This document shows positions 7,728 to 17,343 of a stretch of 20,000 bases of DNA, in pieces. The notes beneath the pieces are model-generated. The model was not told the DNA's origin. It worked only from the letters and a program-made list of their open reading frames with translations, and did not search any database. The position numbers and the translations under genes were made by a program. Within the stretch, counting starts at the first letter, position 1. Each line of letters opens with the position of its first letter. Source of the DNA: an uncultured bacterium (lineage in GTDB: Bacteria > Armatimonadota > Abditibacteriia > Abditibacteriales > Abditibacteriaceae); the NCBI GenBank assembly GCA_963843795.1, contig CAWJLW010000006.1, positions 3,603,415 through 3,623,414 on the forward strand, read 5' to 3'.

Positions 7728-10146
7728 ATGGTGGCGCGCGCGATCCTCGACGAAATGCGGTACGGCGCGGCCGCCCGGCGCGAGCGGCCCGTCTCCTCGC
7801 ACGTGCCCTACACCCGCCACGTCGACGACCAGACGCTCCGGACCAAGGACGGCCTGCTTCTGACCGTACTGAAGCTCGATGGCTTCTGCTTCGAGACGGC
7901 CGACATGGCCGAGATCAACACCAAGCTCGAGGGCCGCAACGACCTGCTGCGCACGCTCGGCACGAGCCGTTACGCCGTCTACGGCCACCTCGTCCGGCGC
8001 GAGATCAAGCCGGAGCTCGACGGCGAGTTTTCGAGCCCCTTCGCGGCCGAGCTCAACCGCCGCTACCTTGCCCGGCTTGCCGAACGGCGCATGTTCGTCA
8101 ACGACACGTACCTGACGATCCTGCGGCGTCCCCTCCAGGGCAAGGCAGGGTCGGCCGACAACGTCGTGGCCAAGCTCTTCGGCGCCCGTACGGCCGAGGG
8201 CGACCGCGCGAAGGAGCTGGACGAGGTCCGCGAGCTGCGCGACGCAGTTACCGCGGTCCGGGAGACCCTGCAGGAATACGGCGCGCGGGTCCTCAGCGTC
8301 CGCGAGGCCGACGGCGTCCTCTACAGCGAGCCGCTGGAGTTCCTGGTCCAGCTTCTGAACGGCGTGCAGCGGGTCACGATGCGGCTGCCCCGGATGCCGA
8401 TCGACACGGCGATCTCGATGCGGCGGATCAATGTCGGCCGGAACGCCATCGAGTTCGTCGGCGCGGCGCATCCCGCCGACACCCGTTACGGCGCCATGCT
8501 CTCGGTGCGCGAGTACCCGGCCTACACGGGACCCATGCTGCTCGACGGGCTCCTGAAGGTGCCGCACGAGTTCGTGGTCACGCAGTCATTCGCGATCGTC
8601 GACCGCCCGGCGACGCAGGGTCAGATCGAACTCGTGTCGAGGCAGGTCGAGATGGCCGACCAGGCCGGCTCGGTCGTGAGCGAGCATCTCGACGACGCCC
8701 GCAACGATCTCCTCGGCTCAAAGGCGATCTACGGCACGCACCATCTCACGGTCATGTGCCTCGGCGGCACGGTGCCCGAGGTCGACCGCTGCATCACGGC
8801 GGTCGGGGCAGCGCTGACCGACCAGTCGATCATCTGGGTACGCGAGGACCTCAATTGCGAGCCCGCCTTCTGGGCGCAGCTCCCGGGCAACCTCGGCTAC
8901 GTGGCCCGGGGCGGCCTCATCTCGTCGAAGAATTTTGCGGGCTTCGTGTCGCTGCACAATTTCCCGAGCGGGCGTGCGGCCGGCAACCATTGGGGGCCGG
9001 CGGTCTCACTCCTCGAGACCACGAGCCAGACCGCCTATCACTTCAACTTCCACGAACGCGACCTGGGAAATTTCACGGTCGTTGGTCCGTCCGGGTCGGG
9101 CAAGACGGTCGCGCTCTCCTTCCTCATGGCCCAGGCGCAGCGGGTCCGGCCAGAGCCCAAATGCGTGTTCTTCGACAAGGACCGCGGCGCCGAGATCTTC
9201 ATCCGGGCGCTCGGCGGCCGCTACGAGGTCCTGCAGCCGGGCGAGCCGACGGGCTTCAATCCGCTCGCGCTGCCGGATTCGGGCGCGAACCGCGAGTTCC
9301 TGTTCCAGCTCTTCGCCTTCATGCTGCGGCGCTCGGATGGTCGAAGCCTACCACCCACCGAAGAGAGCGTGATCCGGGCGGCAATCGCCGAGACGCTCGC
9401 GAGCGAGCCCGCCGGCCGCAACCTTGACGCTTTCCGATCGCTGCTCCGCGGCCGCATCCGAGCCGGCGACGACGACCTGGTGGCCCGGCTCGAGAAGTGG
9501 GTCCGCCGCGACCAGCTGCGGTTGGCTGTTCAACAACGCCGAGGACCGCTTCTCGTGGGTGCGGGTCTCCGGCTTCGACATGACGCGCGTCCTCGACGAT
9601 CCGACGGTCCGGACGGCCGCGCTCATGTACGTGTTCCACCGGGTCGACGAGCTGCTCACGGGCGAGCCCGCCATGATCTTCCTCGACGAGGGCTGGCGGC
9701 TTCTCGGGGACGACGTCTTCGCGCACTTCATCAACGACAAGATGAAGACGATCCGGAAGCTGAACGGGATCGTCGGCTTCGGCACGCAGAGCGCCGCCGA
9801 CATCGTGCGCTCCCGCTCGGCCAACACCATCATCGAGCAGAGCGCGACGAACCTCTTTTTCCCGAACCCGAAGGCGGACGCCGAGAGCTACGTCGGGGCG
9901 TTTCGGCTCTCCGACCGGGAGATGAACTGGATCCTGCGGACCGACCCTGCTTCCCGGGCCTTCCTGATCAAGCACGGGCGGGACTCGGTCATCGCCCGCA
10001 TCCGGCTCGGCGGCATGGAGGATCTGATCAAGGTCCTGTCCGGCCGGGCTGAGACGGTCGCCGAGCTCGATCGGCTCAGGGCCGAGGTCGGGGACGATCC
10101 GGCGGCCTGGCTCCCGCGGTTCTGTGGTTGGGAGGGACGGGCATGA
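7728..10146 (+). CDS. virB4: VirB4 ATPase (one frameshift near 9519)
   Basis: PYTRHVDD..TKDG, AFWAQLPGN, Walker A GPSGSGKT, FDKDRG, TGFNPL. The second frame carries Walker B IFLDEGW, IRKLNG, GTQS, FFPNP and WLP. Confidence 0.96.
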
Positions 10147-10178
10147 TCACGGCCGCCCTCCCCTGCTCGGTTAGGCGC

Positions 10179-10854
10179 TCACCTGCCGGCGCCGGCCAGG
10201 ATCGCGCTGCCGGTTTTCTCGGCGCCGGCAAGTTCCGGACGCAGCGGCTTTCCGGCGCCGTCGCGGGCGAGCACGGCCGAGCCAATTCCGACGAGCGCGT
10301 CCTCCACGCTCACACCGCCGGCCACCCGCCTGCCGGGGCCTTCGTCAGCTACGAGACAGGTCGCTTCCTGGACTGGACGATCGAGCTGATCCGCGTAGGC
10401 TCGGCAGAGCACGACCTGCGTGCCGAACAGATTATCGGCAAGCCGCGACTGCCAAAGGCTTTCGCAGCTGAAGCGCTGGCCCTTGAAGTCGAAGCTACCC
10501 GTCCGTCGGCAGGGCGCGAGCCCATAGAGGGCGATCGTCGGCGTGCCTTGACCGGCGAACGCAATTTTCCCGGGCAGGCTCGCGACCGGCTGCATGTAGC
10601 TACCCTGCGGCCATGTGCGGGTGGCGGCGATGGTGCCGTCTCGATTGTAGTACTTGAAAACGAGTGTGTTCTTGCCCTTGACCTGCTCCCAGGTCTTTGC
10701 CGGGGGCCATGTAGGGCGCGAGTTCGGCGGCGCTGTCGGCCGCCTTGACCTGCGGGCAATAGATGCCGGTGCAGGCGCTCCGATCCTGGGCCCTGACCCC
10801 CGCCATCATAAGCAGGCTCGCCAGGCCCGCTGCCGTGAAACTCAACCTCACCAT
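10179..10854 (-). CDS. Secreted Cys-rich hypothetical protein (~224 aa), possibly degenerate SNase/thermonuclease-like fold; one frameshift near 10697
   Basis: AGGAG RBS and signal peptide MVRLSFTAAGLASLLMMAGVRA-Q. Removing one A in GGCAAAGACC joins track ORFs 10600..10899 and 10179..10595 via GKTWEQVKGKNTLVFKYYNRDGTIAATRTWPQGSY. Six Cys residues. Confidence 0.75.
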
Positions 10855-10900
10855 CGTTCTCGACTCTCCTCGCGGTGGCGACAAAGGCGCAGGCCGCACG

Positions 10901-10920
10901 CAATCAACTATAGTTGTCTC
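10901..10920. promoter_or_regulatory. Palindrome CAACTATAGTTG, related to the virB1 upstream repeat
   Basis: Perfect 12-bp palindrome at 10905-10916 in the divergent intergenic gap. The reverse complement of 10901-10920 matches 6330-6349 at 15 of 20 positions. Confidence 0.65.
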
Positions 10921-10953
10921 GGTGACGTTCCGAAAGCCGCGCGGGGCTCGGGA

Positions 10954-12313
10954 TTGCGGACACTCGCTGCCGCAGCCCTCTGCCTCTGGTTCAGCCCCGC
11001 TGTGGCCGACCTCCCGACCCGCGACGATCCCCGGCTGCAGCCAACTGCCGAGTCAACCAAAGACACCGGCCAGATCGACACGTCCGCGAAGGCGCGCTCG
11101 CAGTCGAGCGGCGGCCTGAAGTGCTCTGTCTCGCGCCAGGACATGACCGAGGTCCTGAACGGGGCGGCCGACCGTTACGAGCTGCCGCGCCAGTACCTGG
11201 AGAACGCGGCCGTGGTCGAGTCGCGCTGCAACCCGAACGCGGGCGCGAGCAGCAGCTCGGCCAAGGGGCTCGGCCAGTTCATCAACGGCACGTGGAAGGC
11301 CTATGGCAACGGCCAGGACGTCTACGACCCGGAGGCAAACGCAGACGCCATGGCGCGCCTGACACGTGACGACGTGAAGGCGCTGCAGCGTCAGATTGGG
11401 CGAGCCCCGACCTTCGAGGAAGGCTACCTCGCTCACCAGCAGGGTATCGGCGGGGCGTCGTGCCTGCTCAAGAACCCATCCGCGCCGGCGACGAGCTGCG
11501 TCTCGTCCGCGGCCGTCACGAGCAACGGTGGCAACACCGGGATGACGGGCGGGCAGTTCTCGACGTTGGTCCAGGGCTACTACAACACTGGCAGCTTGTC
11601 CGGGGCCCGCACCGCGGTCGCGAACTACGACGCGACCGGCGCCATGCCGAATTCCGGCAACTTCGCCGACGGCTCGAACGGGACAGGTCCGGCGACCGGC
11701 ACCACGACGGCCGGCGATATCCCGCCGCTGAAGCGCACGACGACCCGCACCGCCACTGTCTCCGACCCGGGCCAGACCTCGACGGCCGCGATCGGCTACT
11801 CGACCGACCTCGGGACGACGCAGCGCCAGAACTTGGCGCTCCTGCAGCAGCGGAGCGCCGCGATCGGCGGCGGCGACCGCGTCCAGGACGCCGTCGACAT
11901 GAACTCGCGGCTGCGGGCCGACCAGATCCAGCTCAGGCAGGAGGCGGGCGATGTCGCGAGCGCCTGGGGCTCGCTCGTGACCTCCTCGCTCGTGCAGTCC
12001 GTCGCGCGCCAGAGCCAGGTCGCGACCGCCATGGTCGACGGCCGGCGGCCCGGCTCGGGCGGTCCGGCGACATCATGCCGGGCATCCCCTCGCCGACCGC
12101 CTCGACGGGCGGATGCGCGTCGGCAGGTGGAACCGGCCAGAGCTGCGCGGCCCGCATCACCGATAACCCGCTGAACGTCAGCGCCTATCTGGCGAACTTC
12201 GCGGCTGGCTCGACGAGCCCGTCCTCGTGCCAGCGCTCCGATCTCCGCGCTGCCGTCCAGCAGCCGCCTCGCTCATCTCGGTGGTCGCCCAGGCGGCCCA
12301 GGCATCCCGATAG
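10954..12313 (+). CDS. VirB5-like secreted protein with internal lytic transglycosylase domain; at least two frameshifts (~12050, ~12260)
   Basis: TTG start, signal peptide MRTLAAAALCLWFSPAVA-DLPTRD. Lysozyme-like motifs VVESRCNP, AKGLGQF, YLAHQQG. VirB5-like AAIGGGDRVQDAVDMNSRL. Reconstructed tail DIMPGIPS...TDNPLNVSAYLANF...VVAQAAQASR* ends at the RBS of the next gene. Confidence 0.78.
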
Positions 12314-12323
12314 GAGACCCCCC

Positions 12324-13054
12324 GTGAAAACCACGATCCTCGCCAGCTGCCTTCTCGTCGGCAGTCGCCTCCCCTGCCCTCGCCCAGGTGCCGGTGATCG
12401 ACGCCGCGAACCTGAACCAGGCGCTCCAGACCGCTGCGAACACGCGCTCGATCATGGGCACGAACGATCAGATCAAGACGCTCACGAACCAGGTTCTGAA
12501 GGCGATGACCGGCGACCGCTCGGGCCCGGCCGGTCAGTTCGCCTCCTCGGCGCTCGGTCAGGGGTTCAATGTCGGGCAGGCCCCGAACCTCGGCCAGATC
12601 CTCTCCTCCGGCAACATGTCCTGGGGCGGGATGGCGGGAGGCGGCGCGCAATCCGCGACCGACCTCATGAACGCGCTCAAGCTCGTGAAGACGCTGTCCG
12701 GCCTGATGACCGGCAACGGGACGACGCAGGACCAGAGCTACACCCGCGCCGTGTCGACCGCGACCGCCATCGCCGGGATTATTGCCTCGACTCAATCCGC
12801 CTCGCAGACGCGCGCCCAGGCCTTCACGAGCGCCTCGAGCCAGATCGGCAGGGCGAGCGACCTCAAAGCCTCGATCGACCAGAACAGCCAGCTGGTCGTC
12901 CAGGGCAGCCAGACCACGAACGAGCTGATCGGCGCCGTCAATTCCGTGCTCACGGCCACAGAACGTCCGCAACACGCAGGACATCGCCCTCCAGTCCTCG
13001 ACCGCCTCCGCCATGGCGTTCGACGGCTCGAAGGTGACGTTCGGGTCGAAGTGA
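12324..13054 (+). CDS. virB5: VirB5/TrbJ-like minor pilin; two frameshifts (~12350, ~12958)
   Basis: GGAG RBS plus GTG start, leader ending ALA-QVPVIDAANL, motif QIGRASDLKASIDQNSQL. Corrected end QNVRNTQDIALQSSTASAMAFDGSKVTFGSK*, with TGATG overlap into the next gene. Confidence 0.82.
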
Positions 13055-13260
13055 TGCGGGTCCTCCTCACCCTCTCGGCCGTGCTCACCGTGGTGGCCGC
13101 TCTCGGCGGCTGCGGCCATTCCGAGGTCAAGGCGCCCTGCTCGGCGAGCGAGGGCTACATGTCGTTCGCGTCGCAGGATCGCTGCGGCCCGATGCGGCCC
13201 ATCAACGCTCCCGCCGAGCGGCCCGAGCGCGGGCCGGCGCCGGGGACACCCGGCCCATGA
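13054..13260 (+). CDS. Small lipoprotein (68 aa), VirB7-like or entry-exclusion
   Basis: MRVLLTLSAVLTVVAALGG-C lipobox, two further Cys, CGPMRPIN motif. Stop/start overlaps on both sides. Confidence 0.8.
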   Translation: MRVLLTLSAVLTVVAALGGCGHSEVKAPCSASEGYMSFASQDRCGPMRPINAPAERPERGPAPGTPGP

Positions 13261-14310
13261 ACAACATCATCGACCAGCTCTTCGCCAAGGTGCAGGCGCT
13301 GGGCACCAACTTCACGGCGAACACCTATCAGGCGCTGGCCCAGAGCATGGGGCCGGTCTTCACCGCTCGCCTTCGTGCTCTACGTCGTCCTGTGGGGCTA
13401 CCAGTTCTGGAGCGGCCGCGGCGAGGGCAGCGCGTCCGGCATGGCGGTCCGGCTCTTCCGCGTGTTCGTCATCTACACGCTCGCGACGAGCTGGGGCGAT
13501 TTCCAGACCTTCATCTACACGGCCGCGAACGAGACCCCGACCGCGATCGGCAACATCATCGTCCAAAAGATCGGCGACGCGGGCTCGGTCGGCACCAGCA
13601 ATGCCGCGATCGAGCAGGCGCTCTCGAACGTCTACCTGGTCGGGGTCGACGCGGCCTCGAAGCTCACGAGCCATGCCGGCTGGACGAACCCCGGCCCGTA
13701 CATCTACGGCGCCCTCGTCTGGGTCGCGGTCGGGCTCTTCGTCGCCTTCGCGGCCTTCGTGGTCATCTTCGCCAAGATCATGCTGTGGGTGATGCTGTCG
13801 CTCGCGCCGGTGTTCATCGTCCTCCTCCTGTTCAACGCCTCCTCGCGCTACTTCAACGGCTGGCTCACCGCGACCGTGCAGTTCGTGATCGTGCCGATCA
13901 TCGTCTACGCGCTCCTCGGCTTCTTCCTGTCCATCATCAAGGACGCCGTTCAGGCGCTGAACGACTCGAACGCCACCACGACCACGACGCTGCAGGAGAT
14001 CGCGCCCGTCGTGCTGGCCGGCTTCATCGGGCTCTTCATCATGAGCCAGGTGATCCCGCTCGCGGCCCTCCTGTCCGGCGGCGCCCCGTTCGGCGTGCCG
14101 GGCCTCGCCCGGTTCGCCCGTCAAGCGTGGCGGCTCACCGGCGGGCAGGTGGCGCGGGGCGGCCAGTACGGGATGCGTCGCCTCGACGAGCGCCAGGGGT
14201 TCACCCGCATGGGCCGCGAGCGCGCGGTCCGGGCCGACCGGGTCGATTACGCCTTCCGCGAACTCCAGCAGCGCCGCATCGCGGCAAGTCAGCAGGCGAA
14301 GAACAGGTAG
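13257..14310 (+). CDS. virB6: VirB6/TrbL polytopic membrane protein (one frameshift near 13364)
   Basis: LYVVLWGY, AKIMLWVMLSLAPVFIVLLLF...YFNGWL, IPLAALLSGG. Start MNNIIDQLF at 13257 joins the 13375 frame. Confidence 0.92.
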
Positions 14311-14349
14311 AGGCCGGACCGCCAGAACGGCGGCCGGACAGGGGCTAGA

Positions 14350-15145
14350 ATGGCATCAGATCAAAGGGCGCCGGTGTCGGGCGCGACGGTGGACCCGCGC
14401 TACTTCGCGGAGGCGATCACCTGGGAGAACGACGTGATCCGGACCGTGAAGCGGTCGCGGGCCGTCGCCTGGTTCGTGGCGCTCCTCATGGCGTCGCTCG
14501 CCGCGATGGCGCTCGTCTGCCTCGCGCTCCTGCTGCCGCTGAAGACCTTCGAGCCCTACGTGGTCGAGGTCGACCGCACGACCGGCTTCCTCGAGATCAA
14601 GCGCGCGCTGGCGCCCGGCGACCTCGACCAGTCCGAGGCCGTGACCGCCATGAGCGTCGTGCGCTACCTGCGGGCGCGGGAGACCTACGACCCGCCGGCG
14701 ATCAAGGACAATTTCGAGCTGGCGCAGCTGCTCTCGACCGGCGACGCCGCGCGCGAGCTGGTGGAGCTCTACAGCCCGGCGAACGTCCGCAACCCCGTCC
14801 GGGTGCTCGGCCGCGGCGCGACGGTCGCGATCGGCATCAAGTCGATCCAGTTCCCGAACCAGCGCACCGCCATCGTGCGCTTCTCGACCCGGGAGCGGAG
14901 CGCGACCTCGGCCGTCACCTCGCATTGGACGGCGCTGATCCGGTTTCGCTACACGCGCGCGCCGATGCGCAACGAGTGGCGCTTCGACAACCCGCTCGGC
15001 TTCCAGGTCACCGAATACCGGCGCGACCAGGAATTCGGCGCCGACCACCGAGCCGGTGCCCGGGTCCGCTCCCGCGACCGTCGCCACCACGCCTCCAGAG
15101 CTGGCGCCCCTGCCGGAGCCGCCGATGACCGGGAGCGTCCCATGA
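14350..15145 (+). CDS. virB8: VirB8 (one frameshift near 15035)
   Basis: LLPLKTFEPYVVEVDRTTG, YLRARETYD, NPLGFQVTEYRRDQE. Removing one T gives a Pro-rich tail ending at TGA 15145, overlapping the virB9 ATG. Confidence 0.93.
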
Positions 15146-15921
15146 GGACGGCCCTCGCCTGCCTCCTCATTCTCGCCTCGGTGCCGGCCCTCGCCGAATC
15201 CACCCCGGCGCCGGGCGCGGCCGACCCGCGCATCCGGACCGTGACCTACAGCCCGAACAACGTGGTGGCGGTCGACGCGAACTACGGCGTCTCGACCATG
15301 ATCGTGCTGGGAGAGGGCGAGCGCATCGAGACGATCGCGGTCGGCGACAGCGTCGCCTGGAAGGTCGAGCCGAACAAGCGCGGCAACATCATCTTCCTCA
15401 AACCCGTCGCGCCGAACGCGATGAGCAACATGAACATCGTCACCGACGCGCGGCTCTACTCGTTCGTGCTCCGCTCGAGCGAGGCGCCGGTCCGCAACCA
15501 GGTCTACAAGATCCGCTTCCGCTACCCCGACGAGATCGCGGGCGCGGGCCTCGCCCGAGAGGCCGAGCAGCTCGTCAACGATCCGAACCGGCGCGCCTTC
15601 AACGTCAAGAAGGCGAACACCGATTACGGGTTCAAGGGCGACGCCGAGCTGAAGCCGGTCGCGACCTTCGACGACGGCAAGAAGACCTGGTTCCAGTTCG
15701 CGGGCGAGGTCCCGGCGATCTTCGCGGTCGACAAGTCCGGCAACGAGAGCCTCGTCAATCACCGGCGCGAGCGCGAGTTCATCGTCGTCGACCGCATCAG
15801 CCGGCAATGGACGCTCCGGCGCGGCGAGGCCGCGACCTGCATCTTCAACCTGAGGCCGTCCCAGCCCGACCCGACCGGGATCGAAGGGTTCGGGCCGCAG
15901 AACCTCGGCCCGAAGGCCTGA
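15142..15921 (+). CDS. virB9: VirB9/TrbG outer-membrane core protein
   Basis: Signal peptide MRTALACLLILASVPALA, motifs DPRIRTVTY, GDSVAW, IFLKP, FDDGKKTWFQF, ESLVN. Confidence 0.95.
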   Translation: MRTALACLLILASVPALAESTPAPGAADPRIRTVTYSPNNVVAVDANYGVSTMIVLGEGERIETIAVGDSVAWKVEPNKRGNIIFLKPVAPNAMSNMNIVTDARLYSFVLRSSEAPVRNQVYKIRFRYPDEIAGAGLAREAEQLVNDPNRRAFNVKKANTDYGFKGDAELKPVATFDDGKKTWFQFAGEVPAIFAVDKSGNESLVNHRREREFIVVDRISRQWTLRRGEAATCIFNLRPSQPDPTGIEGFGPQNLGPKA

Positions 15922-15924
15922 CCC

Positions 15925-17343
15925 ATGCCGACCCGCGAAGACTACCGCCAGCTCGAGATCGACGATCTCGCCGCCTCGAAGCTCGTCGGTCCCGGACACC
16001 AGGGCCGGCCCGGCGCTGAAGATCGTGGTCGCGCTGCTCGTGCTGGCGATCATCGCGGTGTTCGTCTGGCAGAACCGCTCGCGCCCGCAGCGCACGATGC
16101 TGACCCCGGACGCGGACGAGTTCAAGACAACCTCGTACCAGCCGCCCGTCATCAACACGCCGCCGGCCGCCATCAACCCGGGGCGGCTCGTCGTCGAGGC
16201 TCCGCCCGCGCCGCCGCCCCCTGCTCCACCTCCAGACCTGGGCGGGCGGTTTCCGCCGCAGCCGCAGCCGGCCGTGCTGACGTCGGCACCGCCGATCGTG
16301 CCACCATTCGACGACGGCGAGGCGCGCCGCCTCGCCGACGAGGAACGGCGCCGGGCCGAGGAGGAAGAGCGCCGGCGATGGGAACGGCTGCGCTCGCCCA
16401 TGATGGTGACCGACTCTGGAGGGCATGTCGGCGTCGGACCGGCCGACCCAAGCCAGACCGGGTCGCTTCGCGGCGACGACGGCGACCCGAACACCCGCTA
16501 CCTGAACACCAAGTCGGCCGAGGGCGTCGAGATCTCCCGCGCGACCAAGAACCGGCGCATCGACGCGCTGATCGCGCAGGGCACGATCATCCGCGGCGTC
16601 CTCGAGACGGCGATCCAGTCGGACCTGCCCGGCATGGTCCGGGCGACCACGACCGAGGACGTCTGGTCCTTCGACGGCCGGCGCGTGATCGTCCCGTCGG
16701 GCACCCGCCTCATCGGCGAGTACAAGTCCGGGCTCGCGACCGGGCAGACCCGCGTGTTCATCGTCTGGACCCGCATCCTGCGCTCCGACGGCGTCTCGGT
16801 GCAGCTCGGCTCGCCTGGCACGGACGACCTCGGCCGCACGGGGCTGACCGGCGAGGTCGACAAGCACTATTTCGAGCGCTTCGGCTCGGCGATCCTGCTC
16901 TCGGTCGTCGGCGGCGGGGCGCAGTACCTCGCCGGCCTCGGCAACCAGTCGGGCTTCGCCAACCGGTCGACGTCGACCTCGACCACGGATCCCGCTGACG
17001 GGGCTCACGACCACGACCGTGACCGGGCCCGATCAGCAGATCGCTCTACGCGCGCCAGATCGCGGCCCAGAACACGTCGCAGACGCTGACCTCGATCGCG
17101 AACGAGGCGCTGAAGAATTCGATCAACATCCCGCCGACGATCCACGTCGACCAGGGCGCCGCGATCGCGATCTTCGTCCGGCGCGACCTCGATTTCTCCA
17201 GCCTCTACCCGGACCCCGTCCGCGAGATGATCAGGGAGCTTCAACGTGGGAGAGGCCGTTCGACTGCTGAGCGCGATCCTGCGCCCGACCGTTCACCTCG
17301 AGAGGGCGCTCCTGCCGCTCGGCGACTGGTTACGAAGCCCTGA
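15925..17343 (+). CDS. virB10: VirB10/TrbI (about three frameshifts: ~15988, ~17000, ~17048)
   Basis: N-terminal TM, Pro-rich linker, GTIIRGVLETAIQSDLPG, RVFIVWTR, HYFERFGSAILLS. Last frame NSINIPPTIHVDQG..IFVRRDLDFS...LVTKP* ends at 17343. Confidence 0.93.

Noticed and set aside
10654..10953. 100-aa N-terminal extension of the transglycosylase-VirB5 ORF
   Set aside because: It overlaps the antisense gene and the palindromic intergenic site. The signal peptide starts at TTG 10954.
12388..13260. Apparent VirB5-lipoprotein fusion (290 aa)
   Set aside because: A correction near 12958 gives a VirB5 stop at 13054 overlapping the lipoprotein ATG. An internal lipobox would not be processed.
14350..15921. 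Apparent VirB8-VirB9 fusion (523 aa)
   Set aside because: Removing one base near 15035 gives a VirB8 stop overlapping the VirB9 ATG (ATGA 15142-15145), and VirB9 has its own signal peptide. Frameshift artefact.
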